Source of the DNA: Guillardia theta CCMP2712
Lineage: Eukaryota > Protista > Cryptophyta
Length of the DNA stretch: 64,000 nucleotides
Assembly (NCBI RefSeq): GCF_000315625.1
Contig: NW_005434626.1
Location: 1 to 64,000 of the forward strand
Direction of reading: 5' to 3'
Under the pieces are notes generated by a model. The model was not told the DNA's origin and searched no databases. It worked only from the letters and a program-made list of their open reading frames with translations. Below, one piece after another: positions 40,529-52,800 of this stretch (position 1 is its first letter; each line of letters starts with the position of its first letter). Both the position numbers and the translations under genes were made by a program.

Positions 40529-41370
40529 CCCGTCGGAGGCAGGGAGCCGCGGCGTCAGAGTCAGCCGATGATGCCAGGAACTCGGAAATTTGAGAATATG
40601 CCTCCGAGGCTTCACTGAGTCACGCGAAGTCACAGCCTGTGATGCCAAGTAGTCGGTATCGATAGTGATGATACTTGTGACTCACCGTCCGATACGGTCG
40701 GATGCGGCCGCGAACGGCGCTCGGAGGCTTGAAGGCCTTTGAATATCAGGATCATCGGACTGGATGCAGAGAACTCAGTCAACAGAGGTGATGAAGAGAT
40801 TGGTACAGATCACAGTCATGATGGCAAGTTGATGACCGTATCGGACTGAAGGCAGGCTTGCCAACGGCTGTTGAGTACGGTACGGTACTTCACTGAGACC
40901 GGGGCCGCCCGGGCCGGTCGCCCGCCGCCTCAGTCCGGACGCCGCCGACCCGGGCCGGTGACGGACCGGCGGCCGTCACGGCGGACTCGGACCCGGACAG
41001 TCCGACTGATACGGTACGGTAGCCGCCGGACCGGCACGAGTCCGAACCCCCGGCGGGCCCGGGGCCTCGGCCCGCATCGGGCCACGGCGACGCTGAGTCA
41101 CCTACTAGGCTAGGGCCGGCCCGTCGGAGGCCGGGAGCCGCGGCGTCAGAGTCAGCCGCCGGGCCACGGCGGCTCGGCCCGGCCGCCGCCGGCTCAGCCG
41201 CCCCGCGGGGGCCCGGCGCTGCCAGGTCCGGGTCCGACACTGAGCCAGGCCCGGGCCCAGTGGTGACCGTACGGGCCGGGCGGCGACGGCCGCGCGCCCG
41301 GCCGGCCCGGGGCCCGGCCCGCCGCTTACGCACTGCAGCGCGGCCGCCGGCCTTTGGCTCTTGAACGTAA
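40529..41370. repeat. GC-rich intergenic island containing a 39-bp direct repeat (40529-40567 and 41120-41158)
   Basis: cccgtcggaggc(a/c)gggagccgcggcgtcagagtcagccg occurs twice with one mismatch. TGAGTCA/TGACTCA and tacggtacggta words recur. Confidence 0.7.
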
Positions 41371-41903
41371 CGGTATGTAACCGTGTTCTTTTTTTCACGA
41401 AGAGACAACTGGAACCGCCGCAATGGTGAGTGTTGTTCACGATGAATGCAGACGGATCTCAGTATCTATGCACGTCTAGTCGCGAAGAGGAGGATTCAGT
41501 GCTTGTAGTATGTCCTAAAGCTCTGTTTCTGTCGTTTCATATATGAATCTATGGTGGGATGTATGGAAATTGTGTGCAGTTGAGCAAATTATGTACTGAG
41601 CTGGTTTTCTTGACTAATGGTTTTTGGAATGGATTCTTCATAATGGACAGCTTTCTTTGACAATAGAAGGCATTAAAAATGCCACATTGACCAGATTCCG
41701 ATGATTGCGATTGATTTGAAAAGGAATGTGGATACAATATGATGCAAGGCCGTGATAGAATCTTTTGTTCAAATCGTGTGAAGCCATGCATATGATGTAG
41801 TAACAATTGATGGTTTTCGTGGAATATCATCTCTTCTTCAATATCATGATTTATGTACATATCTCTCCCGTTTGATCCGTTCTGATTTCTTTCCTCGGTC
41901 TAA

Positions 41904-42442
41904 ATGAATTTTCTTGTGTCAACATATACCATGCCAACTCGTCCTTCCAACACTGATATAATTTTGTTCCAGACTCAGTCTTATGGTTCCATCGAGGAAG
42001 GCAAGCCCGAATTTGAGAGGAAGAACTTCAACAAGGTGACGAAGACATCGCAGTGCCTTGTTCTGTTTGCTCATTTTTTTGGAAGGTGATCTACGGAGCC
42101 ATCGCCGCTGTTGCTGCAGTGTGCGTGGTCGCTGCCATCGTCGCCTTCGGAGGACAGCACCCCAAGAGGAGCTCCCTCCTTGCGGTCAGACTTCCCAACG
42201 GCCGTATCGTGAGGGCCGTCCCTGTCCAGCAGCTCCGCATCCAGAAGCTCTTCGGACCGGGTGATCTCCCCATCCCCATTGAGGACGACGGTCTCCCCGG
42301 CGGTGATGCCAAGGTTGTTCCTGGCAGCAACGTCCACCTCTTCGAGCACTTTGCTCCTCCCCAGCCATACGGCATGGACAACCGCCGTGATCCCCCCTAC
42401 GACACCTCCTTCGGTGGCATGGGATTCGGTTCCGACTACTAA
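41904..42442 (+). CDS. Small single-pass type II membrane protein with an N-terminal YGSI motif
   Basis: TQSYGSIEEGKPEFERKNFNK|VIYGAIAAVAAVCVVAAIVAFGG...FGSDY*, with a short intron at about 42036-42086 and strongly C-ending codons. Confidence 0.75.
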
Positions 42443-43414
42443 ATGCTCCATTGCTGGGTTATCTCGGTGCTAGTGATGGGTCCTTTTTCACATGAGTCTA
42501 CAGCACGCCGTTGAAATATTTGAAACATTAAATTAGATCTCACCGAAGGATCTGTTTCATACATACGCACGAAGGACGAAGGTGACTGTATCACCGACCA
42601 AGAAACTCTACAAGTGTGCTGGAGATGCGATGGATGATGTTCATATTGTTAGGAACCTTGACGCATCAACAGTTCTTCCATCCTAAATCATACTAGATTG
42701 CACTGTACTTCAATTAGCTCCTCCTCTTTTATCACATGGCAAAATTGCTCCTCAGGACTTGTAGTAACTAGGCTGAAACTTGGCCACATGCGGGCTATCA
42801 GCATGAATGATCCATACAATTGTTGCAAAACTGTGCTTGAAAATATCTTGCTACCAAGGGCGAGTAATGCTCAACACAATCAAAGGGACATTCAGAGTGT
42901 TGGCTACAACAGGTTGCAGCTCTACAAGCAGATTTGGACAGGGTTGGCTCAATGAGCTATACACGCGAGTGAAAGAGCTTCATGAGGTCACGTGTTTAAG
43001 ATTAGAATGGCTTGGAAACATTGCAGGAGTTGTACGAGGCACCCGTGCAGGCATCTGCAAGGAACAGACATCCTCAGGTCAGACGGGAAAACTTGAAGAG
43101 AGAATAGGAATATAGGAATAAACAGATCGATCACCCAAGAGCTTTCAAATGGAGGACGTGAGAGGTTGGAGCAAGACACTCACCGCTACGAGCAGGGTCA
43201 TACAGGGAGCCAGTGTCTTGGCTTCCCGCATAGAGCATCGAAGTGCGAACGGTCCTGCTGAACATTTTACGGCGACTCTTCACTTCTGTTCACTTCTGGT
43301 CGCCGTGACTTGTTTCCAAGGATGATGGCTGACCATTGCCGACCAGCCCGGAGCTCTGGAGCTCCGGGCCGGGAAATCCGGGGGACTGTTCGCACTGAAG
43401 GGTCGTTGATCTTG

Positions 43415-43824
43415 GTTCCAAGACCAACTGGTCCCTAAAATATTTTAAAATTAAACATGCAGATTTCAAATTGTGGGAGAAGCTTGAAAAAAGAAATGTA
43501 AAGCTGATCTGGGTTTGGAAATAACTCGAAATGATTCTATTTAAGGTTGAAATTTAGATAAGTATCAACAAATAAGTGCAAAGAATTGAAAACTGGGAGG
43601 CCCAATTTTTACGGTATATGAGAAACTTAAAAGGTTATAAGATACTACTATTTAAACAAGATTTGTATCAGTTCCTCGCCTCAACCGCTCTCTAAAATTC
43701 AATCAATAATACATGTTTCCACTTGCATATAGAGTACTTCTGTATTTAAATTGGGACAAATAAATCATATATAAATATATTTATGTTTAAAACTAGATAT
43801 AGGACTCCTGTAGTGAGCTGGAAC
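43415..43824. mobile_element. AT-rich island with weak terminal inverted similarity (possible old MITE)
   Basis: Left end gttccaagaccaactggtccctaaaatattttaaaattaaacat partly matches the reverse complement of the right end, gttccagctcactacaggagtcctatatctagttttaaacat. No clear target-site duplication. Confidence 0.25.
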
Positions 43825-44035
43825 ATGGCAGGAGGGGTTCGCCTTCGTGGCTGCGGGTATGCCGGCCTTGAAATCCTCCTCCTCCTCCTCCTCCTCACGT
43901 CACATGGGCTTCTCTACCTCCGGTTCTACTGTCTTTGTTCCCCTCGCTCCCTGTCATATCCTATTCTCCTCCTCCTCCTCCCTCGCCTCTTCTATCTTCC
44001 TTCAGTTCTCGTTTCGGTTTGTGTCTAGTTCCCGT

Positions 44036-44450
44036 TCACGTCCTGGTGTAGTTGTTATTGTCGTCCTGCTCCTTCTTGCATGCCCGAATCGTTATCAGTA
44101 TCCTCAGACGCTGGGCTGAATTACCATGATTGTTCTCCTTGAACCCTTCGGCGACCGTCACTGTCAAATTTGAGACCCCGTGATCTAGAGCTTGCATGCC
44201 ATCCCTCAAACTCTTGCGATGTTTCCCTATCTCCTTCTTCATGTTGTCTTCATTTCGCTGCAATGTTTGCTCGATTCTTCTCATGATTTTCTCGAAACTA
44301 AGTATGCGAGAAACCTGGCGTAAAGCAAGTTCCCCTCATGCAATTTGTTTGCCTGTGCTAGCAACAAATCTACTCGATGCAAGCTATCTGTTCTTTGTAT
44401 TCTATGAGTTCTTTCATTCTCTTTTGACTTGATTTGTTCTTGCAGTGGAT
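44036..44450 (-). pseudogene. Coiled-coil gene fragment with no clear start
   Basis: Putative exons KRMKELIEYKEQIACIE|VSRILSFEKIMRRIEQTLQRNEDNMKKEIGKHRKSLRDGMQALD. The downstream phase breaks and the 5' end abuts the next gene. Confidence 0.25.
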
Positions 44451-44511
44451 CAAAACAGTCTTGAACCTGAAGATTGCTGAAAATCCGGATTAGTTGGCAT
44501 CTACACTAGCC

Positions 44512-46626
44512 ATGGCTGAAATGAGCTTTGCCCCGCGCATGCGCGCGGCTCGAGGCCCTCCAACCAAGCAAGAGATGAACGAACAGGGACTGTTGGGGGT
44601 GCTGGGGTTGAACGACACCTTCAAGTTCATGCAGGGGTGTGTTGCCTCGAGGCCGATCGCAAGCGATTCCGACGCGCTTCTGGTTGTCGACTTCCCTGAG
44701 AGGCCAGCGAAGATGTTGGCGGTGGCTCTCCCTGACTACGGCAATCCTGCACTGCTCAAGACGCAGCTCTGCGACCTCCCTCGACTGCCGATGGGAAAGT
44801 TGAAGCCGACCGAGGTTGTCGTGGAGGTCTTCGCGTCCAGTGTAAACCCTACGGACTGCAAACAGAGGAAAGGCACTCTGTCGACCATCTGCCCCTTGTC
44901 TCTTCCCTGCATCCTCGGGATAGACTTCAGCGGCAGGATCGTGAGGAACGGGGAGGACTCGCCCTTCAACGTTGGAGACGAGGTGTTCGGTCGCCAGACT
45001 CTGGATCGCATGAGGGAGCTGAATGGAACATACGCGGAGTATTGCATTGTAGATTGTTCGGATATTGCTCTCAAGCCTACCAACCTCTCGCACGATCAGG
45101 CTGCTGCCGTCCCTCATGCCTGTCTCGCTGCCTACTCGTCCCTTGCTCACGTTGGGAACCTGTTGGAGAAGAAAAGGCAGAGCGACAAGGCTGTGCTTGT
45201 CCTTGGGGGCAGCGGAGGCGTCGGGAGCTTTGCTGTTCAGCTTGCAAAGAGACATTTCAACTGCTACACTGTTGCCAGCTGCTCGAAGAGGAACATGGAC
45301 TTCGTCAAGTCGTTGGGAGCGGACGAGGCCTGGGACTATACTGACGCGTTCTTCCTCAAGAGCGCCGGCCTCACCAAGTTCGATGTGATCCTCGACACGG
45401 TGGGAGGTGATGACTACTGGAGCGCGTTCCGAGGCTCCTTGTCGCACAATGGCGTGTACGTGACGCTGGTTGGGAATGCGCGCCACCTGGCAGATGAGAA
45501 GAGTGTGGACTGGGGTAGCATGCTGGAAATACGAGCAGACTATCTTTTCCGTCAGATCTCCAACAAGCTCGGAGCTGCAGAGAACTACCACATCCTGACA
45601 GGATCTCAGATCCGGAGTAGCGACCTGAAGATAATTTCCTCGCTGCTGGAGGAGGGCACTCTGCGAGTGATTGTGGACAAGACCTTCAGCATATATGACA
45701 TCATCAAGGCCCACGAGTACTCGGAGACCCATCACGCCGTGGGAAAGATCGTGTTGCAGATCAAGCAGAGTGGTGCCGACAAGGCAGGGGGGGAACAGGT
45801 GAGAGAGATAGTCTGCCATGTCTGCGATCTTGCGGCGGAGTCTTATCCGTGCCCCAGGTCAACGGAGTGGTGATGGACGAGCGATGGCAGCTCCCCATCA
45901 GCAAGTCAAAGGTCCGTCGCATCTCGTGAGCTCCTCGTGTTTGACTGGTGCGTGCAGAAGAAGCCAGAGGCCTCCGGGTCCAACTCCATCGGCAAGGGAG
46001 TGACCTTCGACAAGTTCAACCCTCCGGGCCTGGACTCGCCTGCTCAACCCGACAAGGGCAATCAGCCTGACTTCCTCTTCTCCTCCCCCACCCATGTCGG
46101 GAACTCAGCGCCTCCTCCGTCGTTGCATCAGGACGACGAGGTCGCTCCTCCTGCTCATGCTGTTCTTGGAGGACTCGGCCTCCGCCCTGGCGAGCTCGCG
46201 GCGAAGCGGTCGCCCTCTGTTCTTGATGCGCGGCCCATGGGAAGATTGGGGAAACAGACCGAGGACATAGTAAGGGGGGAGAGGGATAGATCGTTGCTGC
46301 TGAATGGCGGGAAGGAGGAGGCTTACAACTTGTCGGATATCTTTGCGCAGAAGAGCAACAGCATCAGCAAGGGGCTTCCTCTACCGAAGGGACGAGTGGA
46401 GGAGAAGGAGGAGGACGCTGATGTGGAGGACCTGACTGCGAGACTGGACGCACTTCATCGTGAAGTTGCTGAGTCGGCAGCGAGAGTGCAGCAGCTGAAG
46501 TCACCGGCTTCGTTGAACCAAATCTCCTCCTCCCCCTCTCCTTCCTCCTCCTTCAACGCTTCCGAGCCATCCCTCGTACGCCGTCGAATCGAAGAGCTGT
46601 CCAAGGGGAGCGGAACAACAGCGTGA
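44512..46626 (+). CDS. MDR-superfamily NADPH:quinone oxidoreductase-like (RTN4IP1-like) domain plus a low-complexity extension
   Basis: EVVVEVFASSVNPTDCKQRKG, ILGIDFSGRIV, VGDEVFG, GTYAEY, VLVLGGSGGVGSFAVQLAK, AHEYSETHHAVGKIVL. Two phase-0 introns link this to the 45958-46626 exon. Confidence 0.9.
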
Positions 46627-49180
46627 AGATAGGGAGCGTGGAGGTCAAAGAGTACGATCCCGTAGCTTCCCTTCCTCGGCCCTCCGACTACGGCCAACAG
46701 CAGCAGCAGTCGTGGGGAGCGCATGATAACGAGGAAGAGGAAGAGGAAGAGGTCAGCCTGCGTGGAGTGAGTGAGAGTGTCTTGACGGCCATGAAGCAGG
46801 AGAAGCCCGGCGGCTCGACACCTCAAGGTAAGGAGGGAGCAGGTGCGAGTGACACGTTGGCCCTGATCCTCGTCCTGCTCAGACGCGAGGGGTCAAGCGG
46901 ACATGGAGTCGGTGATCGCCAACCGAAGAGAGTTGCAGGTGAAAGTGGAAGCGGGGGTGGGGGTGGGGGTGGGGGCGAGGGAAAGGAGAGGAGAGGAGAG
47001 GAGAGGAGAGGAGAGGAGAGGAGAGGAGAGGAGAGGAGAGGAGAGGGGAGGGGAGGGGAGGGGCGTTGGCTGACTGTGAGTTGTCAGGCGGCAGCAGAAG
47101 AAGGTGGAGTCGCGCTGGGCACGGGAAACATCTTTAACAGGCCTTCGCCTGCTGAGCTGCTTAACAGCCACAAGGTCAGACGTCGAGCGAAAAACGTCGG
47201 GGAGAAGAATGAGGAGGAAGGGGGGGGAAGAGGAGGGAGGCCAAAGGCGAACAATTACAATAGAGTTGACAAGTACACCTTGGCAGAGAAACTCAACGCC
47301 GCAGGAGAGGCGAGGAGCGGACCATCGAGGCTCGACCCCGTCAGCCCATGTGACCTGAGGAGGAGGAGGCGTTTCTTGTGCTCGTGACCAGTGGGTAGGA
47401 CCTGATCTCGTATGAGGGGATCCTGAGGAAGAAGAAGGATGATCACAAGAGATTCGAGGACCCTTACAAGGTTTGCGCTCCTCCTCCTCCTCCTCCTCCT
47501 CCTCCTCCTCCAAGCCCCCTCTTCCCCCCTCCTTTGTCCTCCTGTAAGTGAGGGGGAATACAGCAAGCGTTCTCTGCTACTCTCAAGGACGGTGTTCTCA
47601 GCATCCGCCCTCTTCAAGCAGCTTCAGTAAGTTCTGAATAATCCTGCTCCTTCTCTCTGGGTTCTACCTCTATCTGCTATCTCCGACCATCAATGCTCTT
47701 CTCCTCCTCCCTCCTCTTCTGTCCTCCTCTCTCCTCTCTCCTCTCTCCTCTCTCCTCTCTCCTCTCTCCTCTCTCTTCCTCTCCCTTCCTTTCCCCTCTT
47801 CTCTCATCTTCTCCTCTTATCTCCTCTCGCTGATTACTTCACCCTTGCCGCATCCTCTGACGAGACGTGTTCCGCTAGCTGGCGGGCGAGGACGAGAGCT
47901 ACGACCTGCGCACGTGGCGTCTGCTGCCGAGAAGCGACAAGCTCGACCGCTTCAGCCTCACTCGCGGCATCTCCTCCTCCTCTGCCGATCAGAGCAGCGG
48001 CGTCTCGTTCAAGGCGGAGAGCAAGAACGACTGCGGGCTGTGGGTGGACGCGATCAAGTCAAACATTGCTGCGTTGCGAAAAGCCCCACAGGCCAACGGC
48101 AGTTCTCCTGCTCCTCCACCGCTTCACAACGGCCAGGAGACCGGGGACCTGAAGTCCTCCAGCCCCCCCGATGACTCTCCTCTCGTTGGACGTGCTGGTC
48201 AGAACTACTACTCTCCCGCTATCCCTCCTTCTCCTCCTCCTTCCTCCTCTTCCTTCCTCCTCCTCCTCCTCCTCCTCCTCCTCCTCATCATCATCATCAT
48301 CATCATCATCATCTCATTCCTCCTCCTCCTCCTCCTCCTCCTCCTCCTCCTCCTCCTCCTCCTCCTCCTCATCATCATCATCATCATCATCTCATTCCTC
48401 GACGACCTCCTTCTCGACCTCCTCCTTCTCGTCATCGACCGCCTCTGCCTCCTCCTGACATTCAGAGTGCTCGCAGAGCGAGCAGCGAAGAAACGAGCGG
48501 AGTATCTCGCTTCCCACACGCCAGAGAAGTCCGCAGACGGTGATGGAGGTCAACGGGTCAACGAAGTTACTCCACAAGCGTTGCCGCCCCTCCGTACGGA
48601 TGTGATGCCTGCGGAGATTGTCATCTCGAACCGCAGCGGTGAAGTCCTCGTCCTCGTCCCCTTGTCAACGTCCTTTCCTCCTCCTCCTTCCCCCCCCCCT
48701 CCCCCCCTCCTCCTCCTCCTACTACTACTCCTCTTCGTCTACTTTTCTTCCCCCTTCCCCCTATCCCTTGCCAGCTCCTCAACGTCCTCCTGGCGTCTGC
48801 TCCTCTCGCCGACTGTTATCAACAGGGGAGCAGCAAAACAAGTCCATGGCTCCTGAGTCGGCATCGATGGCACAGGTGATGGCGGATGGCGGGAGGAGCA
48901 GGGAGGGGGAAAGGAGGAGGAGGAGGAGGAGGAGGCTGACAAGGACTTTCAGTTGATGAGCAGGCAGACAGAAGTGAACGGACGAGGTGCAGGAGGGCGA
49001 GAGGAAGAGAACACCTCAGTCAAAGAGCCGAGCTCAAAAGCCTTCCAGCCGGAGTCCTCCTCCTACACAGAGTTGCAGGTGAAGTTCTGTCCTCCTCCTC
49101 CGCTGCTTCCCACTACTGCTCCAGCGTTGCTTCATCTGTACCAGCACTCCTGCACATGCTCCTGCTCTGCTGCTCCTGCT

Positions 49181-49213
<33 letters not shown>

Positions 49214-49929
49214 TTCCTCCCCCCATCTTGTTCGCGAGGGTGCCAGGCTGATGTGAAGCTGCTACAGGCACGGCAAGGGGCAGTGCCTACGCGAGCTCAA
49301 CCCATTCAGCCACCAAGCTCCTCCTCACCTGCTGGGGTTGGAATTATCTTCAAGGTGAAGCTACCACACATTCGCATCCTCGATCCTCCTCCTCCTCCTC
49401 CTCCTCCTCCTTCTCTTTCTCCCTCCCTGACCCAATTATCCTGTTACTCGATTCACCGTCTTATCTACCTTCTTACCATTGAGCTTTCTTGCTGCTCATT
49501 CCTGCGCCTCTTCTCAAATTGACCTGCAGGAGTCGAGGAGAAATTCAGCCACTGCCCTTGTCGTGAAAGGACTTGCAGCAGGTAATGTTACCTCCTCCTC
49601 CTCCTCCTCCTCCTCCTCCATCCTCCTCTGCTGTGCTTCATTCCTGTGTTGCAGCTGCTGATGTGGTATCCTCAGGTGGACCAGCAGAAAGATCGGGGAT
49701 GATTCAGGTAGAGCAGGAGGAGGGGGAGGGGGAGGGACAGGAGACGAGCAGGAGTGCCGAGCAGGAGAGGAGGAGGAGGAGGAGGAGGAGGAGGAGGAGG
49801 AGGAGGAGGGATAGGAAGGAAGTCAAGAATCTCACACAAGGGGTCAGGTGGGCGACATTCTTCTCAAGGTCGACGGGCAAGATGTCAATTCAACAGAAAT
49901 CGCTTCTCAATTGATCCTGGGACAAGTAA

Positions 49930-49962
<33 letters not shown>

Positions 49963-50501
49963 GGTGGTGGTGATGATGATGATGATGATGGTGACGGTGA
50001 TGATGATGATGATGATGATGATGACGACGACGACGACGACGACGACGACGTTATTGGAGATGATGATGATGACGATGACGTTAAGGAGGAGGAGGAGGAG
50101 GAGGATGACGACGACGACGATGATGATTCACTGTGAACAAATCAATTTGTGTGTTTTCGTCATGATGTTGATATTTCATCCTTTCGTGGATTGACTTCAT
50201 CTCAACAGAAAGGAAGTCAAATCTCCATGACTTTCAAGAGATTTGCTCAGGACAAGGTCGATATATTCCTCTTCCTCTAGGCTGCCTGTTCCCCTTCCTT
50301 CCTCCCTCCTCCCCCTCTCCCTGCTGTCCCTGCTCGCCTCACCTCTCGGATCCTATCCCTCTCCCTCTCCTCCTTCCCTCTCCTCCTTCCCTCTCCTCCT
50401 TCCCTCTCTGTCTCTCGCTCTCTCTTTTCTCTCACTTTCTGCTCTCGCAGGTTCATAAATTTACCATCACGTTAACGCGAGGAGCTCCGCAAGCAGCTTG
50501 A
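46623..50501 (+). CDS. PH-domain plus C-terminal PDZ-domain region, probably the same gene as 44512-46626 across an apparent frameshift
   Basis: PH: ISYEGILRKKKDD...QAFSATLKDGVLSI...RFSL...VSFKAESKNDCGLWVDAIKSNI. PDZ: AGVGIIFK|...LVVKGLAA|GGPAERSGMIQ|VGDILLKVDGQDV...ASQLILG..GSQISMTFKR. Stop at 50499-50501. Confidence 0.75.
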
Positions 50502-50650
50502 GCGCCTCCAGTAGAGTCTATACAACAACCATACGAATACACCTACACTCCTGTTACCTGCTCTATCCTTTCCCCGCTTCCCACCACCACCACTAGCACC
50601 ATCTTTTCCTCCTCTTGTTACTCCTCCACATGATAGTCTTGCCTCCACCG

Positions 50651-52139
50651 TCATCTTCGACGGTGTCGAGACTTTCCGTCCTTTTCGTTCTGGGGGAAGG
50701 AGTAGCTGATGCCCTGGTCGTCGAGGAGATGGCAGAGCATCTTAGAGCTGATGGGAAGGTTGGCGTCTTTCAGTATCTGAGGGAAGGGAGGAGTCAACGG
50801 TGAAGACGAGCAGAAGGAGATGGGAGCGAGGAGGAGAGCAAGAGTTGTTGGGAGAGGAGAAGAGGGGATAAGACAAGAGGAGGAAGAGGAGAGAGGGAGG
50901 AGAGGGACCTTGGAGATGTGCGTCAGAGACAGGTTCTGGCACAGCAGCATCTCGTCATATGCTTCATTCTCCCGCAACAAGTCCACACACGCCACAAGGC
51001 TTTCTTCCACTTTCCTCCTCCTCCGCTCGTTGGCAGCAGTGTTGTCCCTCCCCTTCGCTGGCTCCTCCTCTGCTCTTCCCTCCTCCCCCTCCTCTTGTAC
51101 ATGCAGCTGATGCCAAATGGACTTGAGCTTCTGCACCATGAACGTCTGGAGGGAGAAGTTCAGCAAAAGATTGCGGCGAGACGAGGAGGGGGAGAGTGAA
51201 GGAGATAACGCGAGTGTAGGGAGAGCAGCAGGAACAGGGAGAGGAGCAGAGGAGGAGCAGAGGAGGAGCAGGGCGAGAGTTTGTCGTGACCTTCGATCCA
51301 GACTTCATGCCGTAACTCGACATCAGCTCCTTCAGCTCTCTTACCTCCATCTCCTCGTACTTGGGCATCTTCTCAGCCTCAGCTGAGTTGCCAACACCAC
51401 GAGGGCACCGCGATCCTCTCACTGAGCCCCCTCTCTTCCTGACTGCTGCTGCTGCTGCTGCTGCTGCTCCTCCTCCTCCTCCTCTAGTAACAGCAACAAC
51501 AGCAACAGTAGTGGAAGGAGCAGCAGCAGTATCTCCTCCTCCTCCTCCTCCTCCTCCTGATCCTCCTCTGCTCCCTACTCCGCCATCCTGGGAGCTCTCG
51601 ACCTCTCCTAGCTTCATGCCCGAGGTGTTTCGGATCTTCCTGCGAGGATAGTCCTGCACCGACGGGCACGCGCTGTCTCCTCGCATCTTCATCTCGACCC
51701 TCGTCCGCAGGTCCAGAGCAAATAGCTCATCCTCTTCACTCTCCTCCCTCACTACGCTCGCTGCCGCACGTCCAGCCCCTTGTCCCGGCACGTCGTCATG
51801 AGCCGAGACCTGATCCTCACAGCTGCCGCCCCTCCGTGAGTTGGAGCACTCCTCCTCCCCGTCCTCTCTCGCCGGACTGGACGGGGGCAGCACGCGGGCG
51901 TCTGCTGGGCTCTCGCTGGGGCTGCTAAGGTCGATCACAGAATGATCAGCCTTGCCAGGGCTGACGACCTCGCTGCCTGCCTCCCGATCTGCTTCAAGTT
52001 TGCACTGCTCGACATGCAGATGCTTGGCGAAGGAGCACAGGTACTGGAGGGACTCGCTGCAGAAGGGGCAGACGTTGGTGCTGCTCGCTCGCTCCTGCAC
52101 CATCTCAAAGATGTCGGAGACCTTGCAGGAGTCGCCCAT
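50651..52139 (-). CDS. SLX4: SLX4-like structure-specific endonuclease scaffold
   Basis: UBZ-like CPFCSESLQYLCSFAKHLHVEQC, SAP-like MPKYEEMEVRELKELMSSYGMK..SK|TFMVQKLKSIWHQLH, and a C-terminal SLX1-binding-like domain YDEMLLCQNLSL...|ILKDANLPISSKMLCHLLDDQGISY. Two introns. Confidence 0.75.
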
Positions 52140-52439
52140 AGTCCATGCAAGGAGCCGAGATGCTGGCGACAATACAAATCAGAATAAGGAACGTCTACCC
52201 TTTTCTTGTCTTCCGACATCAGAAACCATTACTTGAACTTGTATAACCTTTCGACCATATTCGCATCTGAATCTCGAACTCATCCGAACCACCTCTTCCC
52301 TTCCTCTCCTTCCTCTCGCTGCTTCCCCTCCTCTCTCTCCTTCTCCTGCTTCCTCCCCTCCCCCTCCCTCCCTCGTCTGCTCTCTTCTCAGCATCTTTTA
52401 TCGAACCAAGGGGCTTAAATCAAGCGAGGTGACTAAATT

Positions 52440-52800
52440 TAAGTGAGATCCTGCTTAAATTAACCCATCCTTTAAAGACCGGTATGATGGCTGATCAGAA
52501 CTGGGGAAAGATGGAAGAGGAGATGGGGGAGGGGTATATGACCCCACCCCCTGTGTTTACACGAAGAAACCTGGTCAAGTACCCGGTATACAACCATCCA
52601 CCAAAATGGCGATAAACCCTCACCCCCAAGGAGCTACTACCCCACCCCTTTTCCTGTACTATTTTCACAACGTTAGTCGCTTGGTATGATTAAAAAGTCA
52701 AAAGCACCGGTACTTACATGAGAATTTTGTACCCCCATCCCCTCATTTTAACCACATACCCCAGGAATTCCAAGAGTACCCTACCCCCTGTACAAATGCA
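52440..52800. promoter_or_regulatory. ACCCC-rich island between the divergent SLX4-like and AlaRS genes
   Basis: Dense accc and taccc words between two head-to-head genes. Confidence 0.4.

Noticed and set aside
40871-41440. Arg/Ala/Gly/Pro-rich ORFs in the GC island
   Set aside because: Low stop-codon frequency in very GC-rich DNA; no coding signature.
44506-45819. 437-aa antisense ORF over the MDR gene
   Set aside because: Shadow of codon bias on the real plus-strand gene; no motifs.
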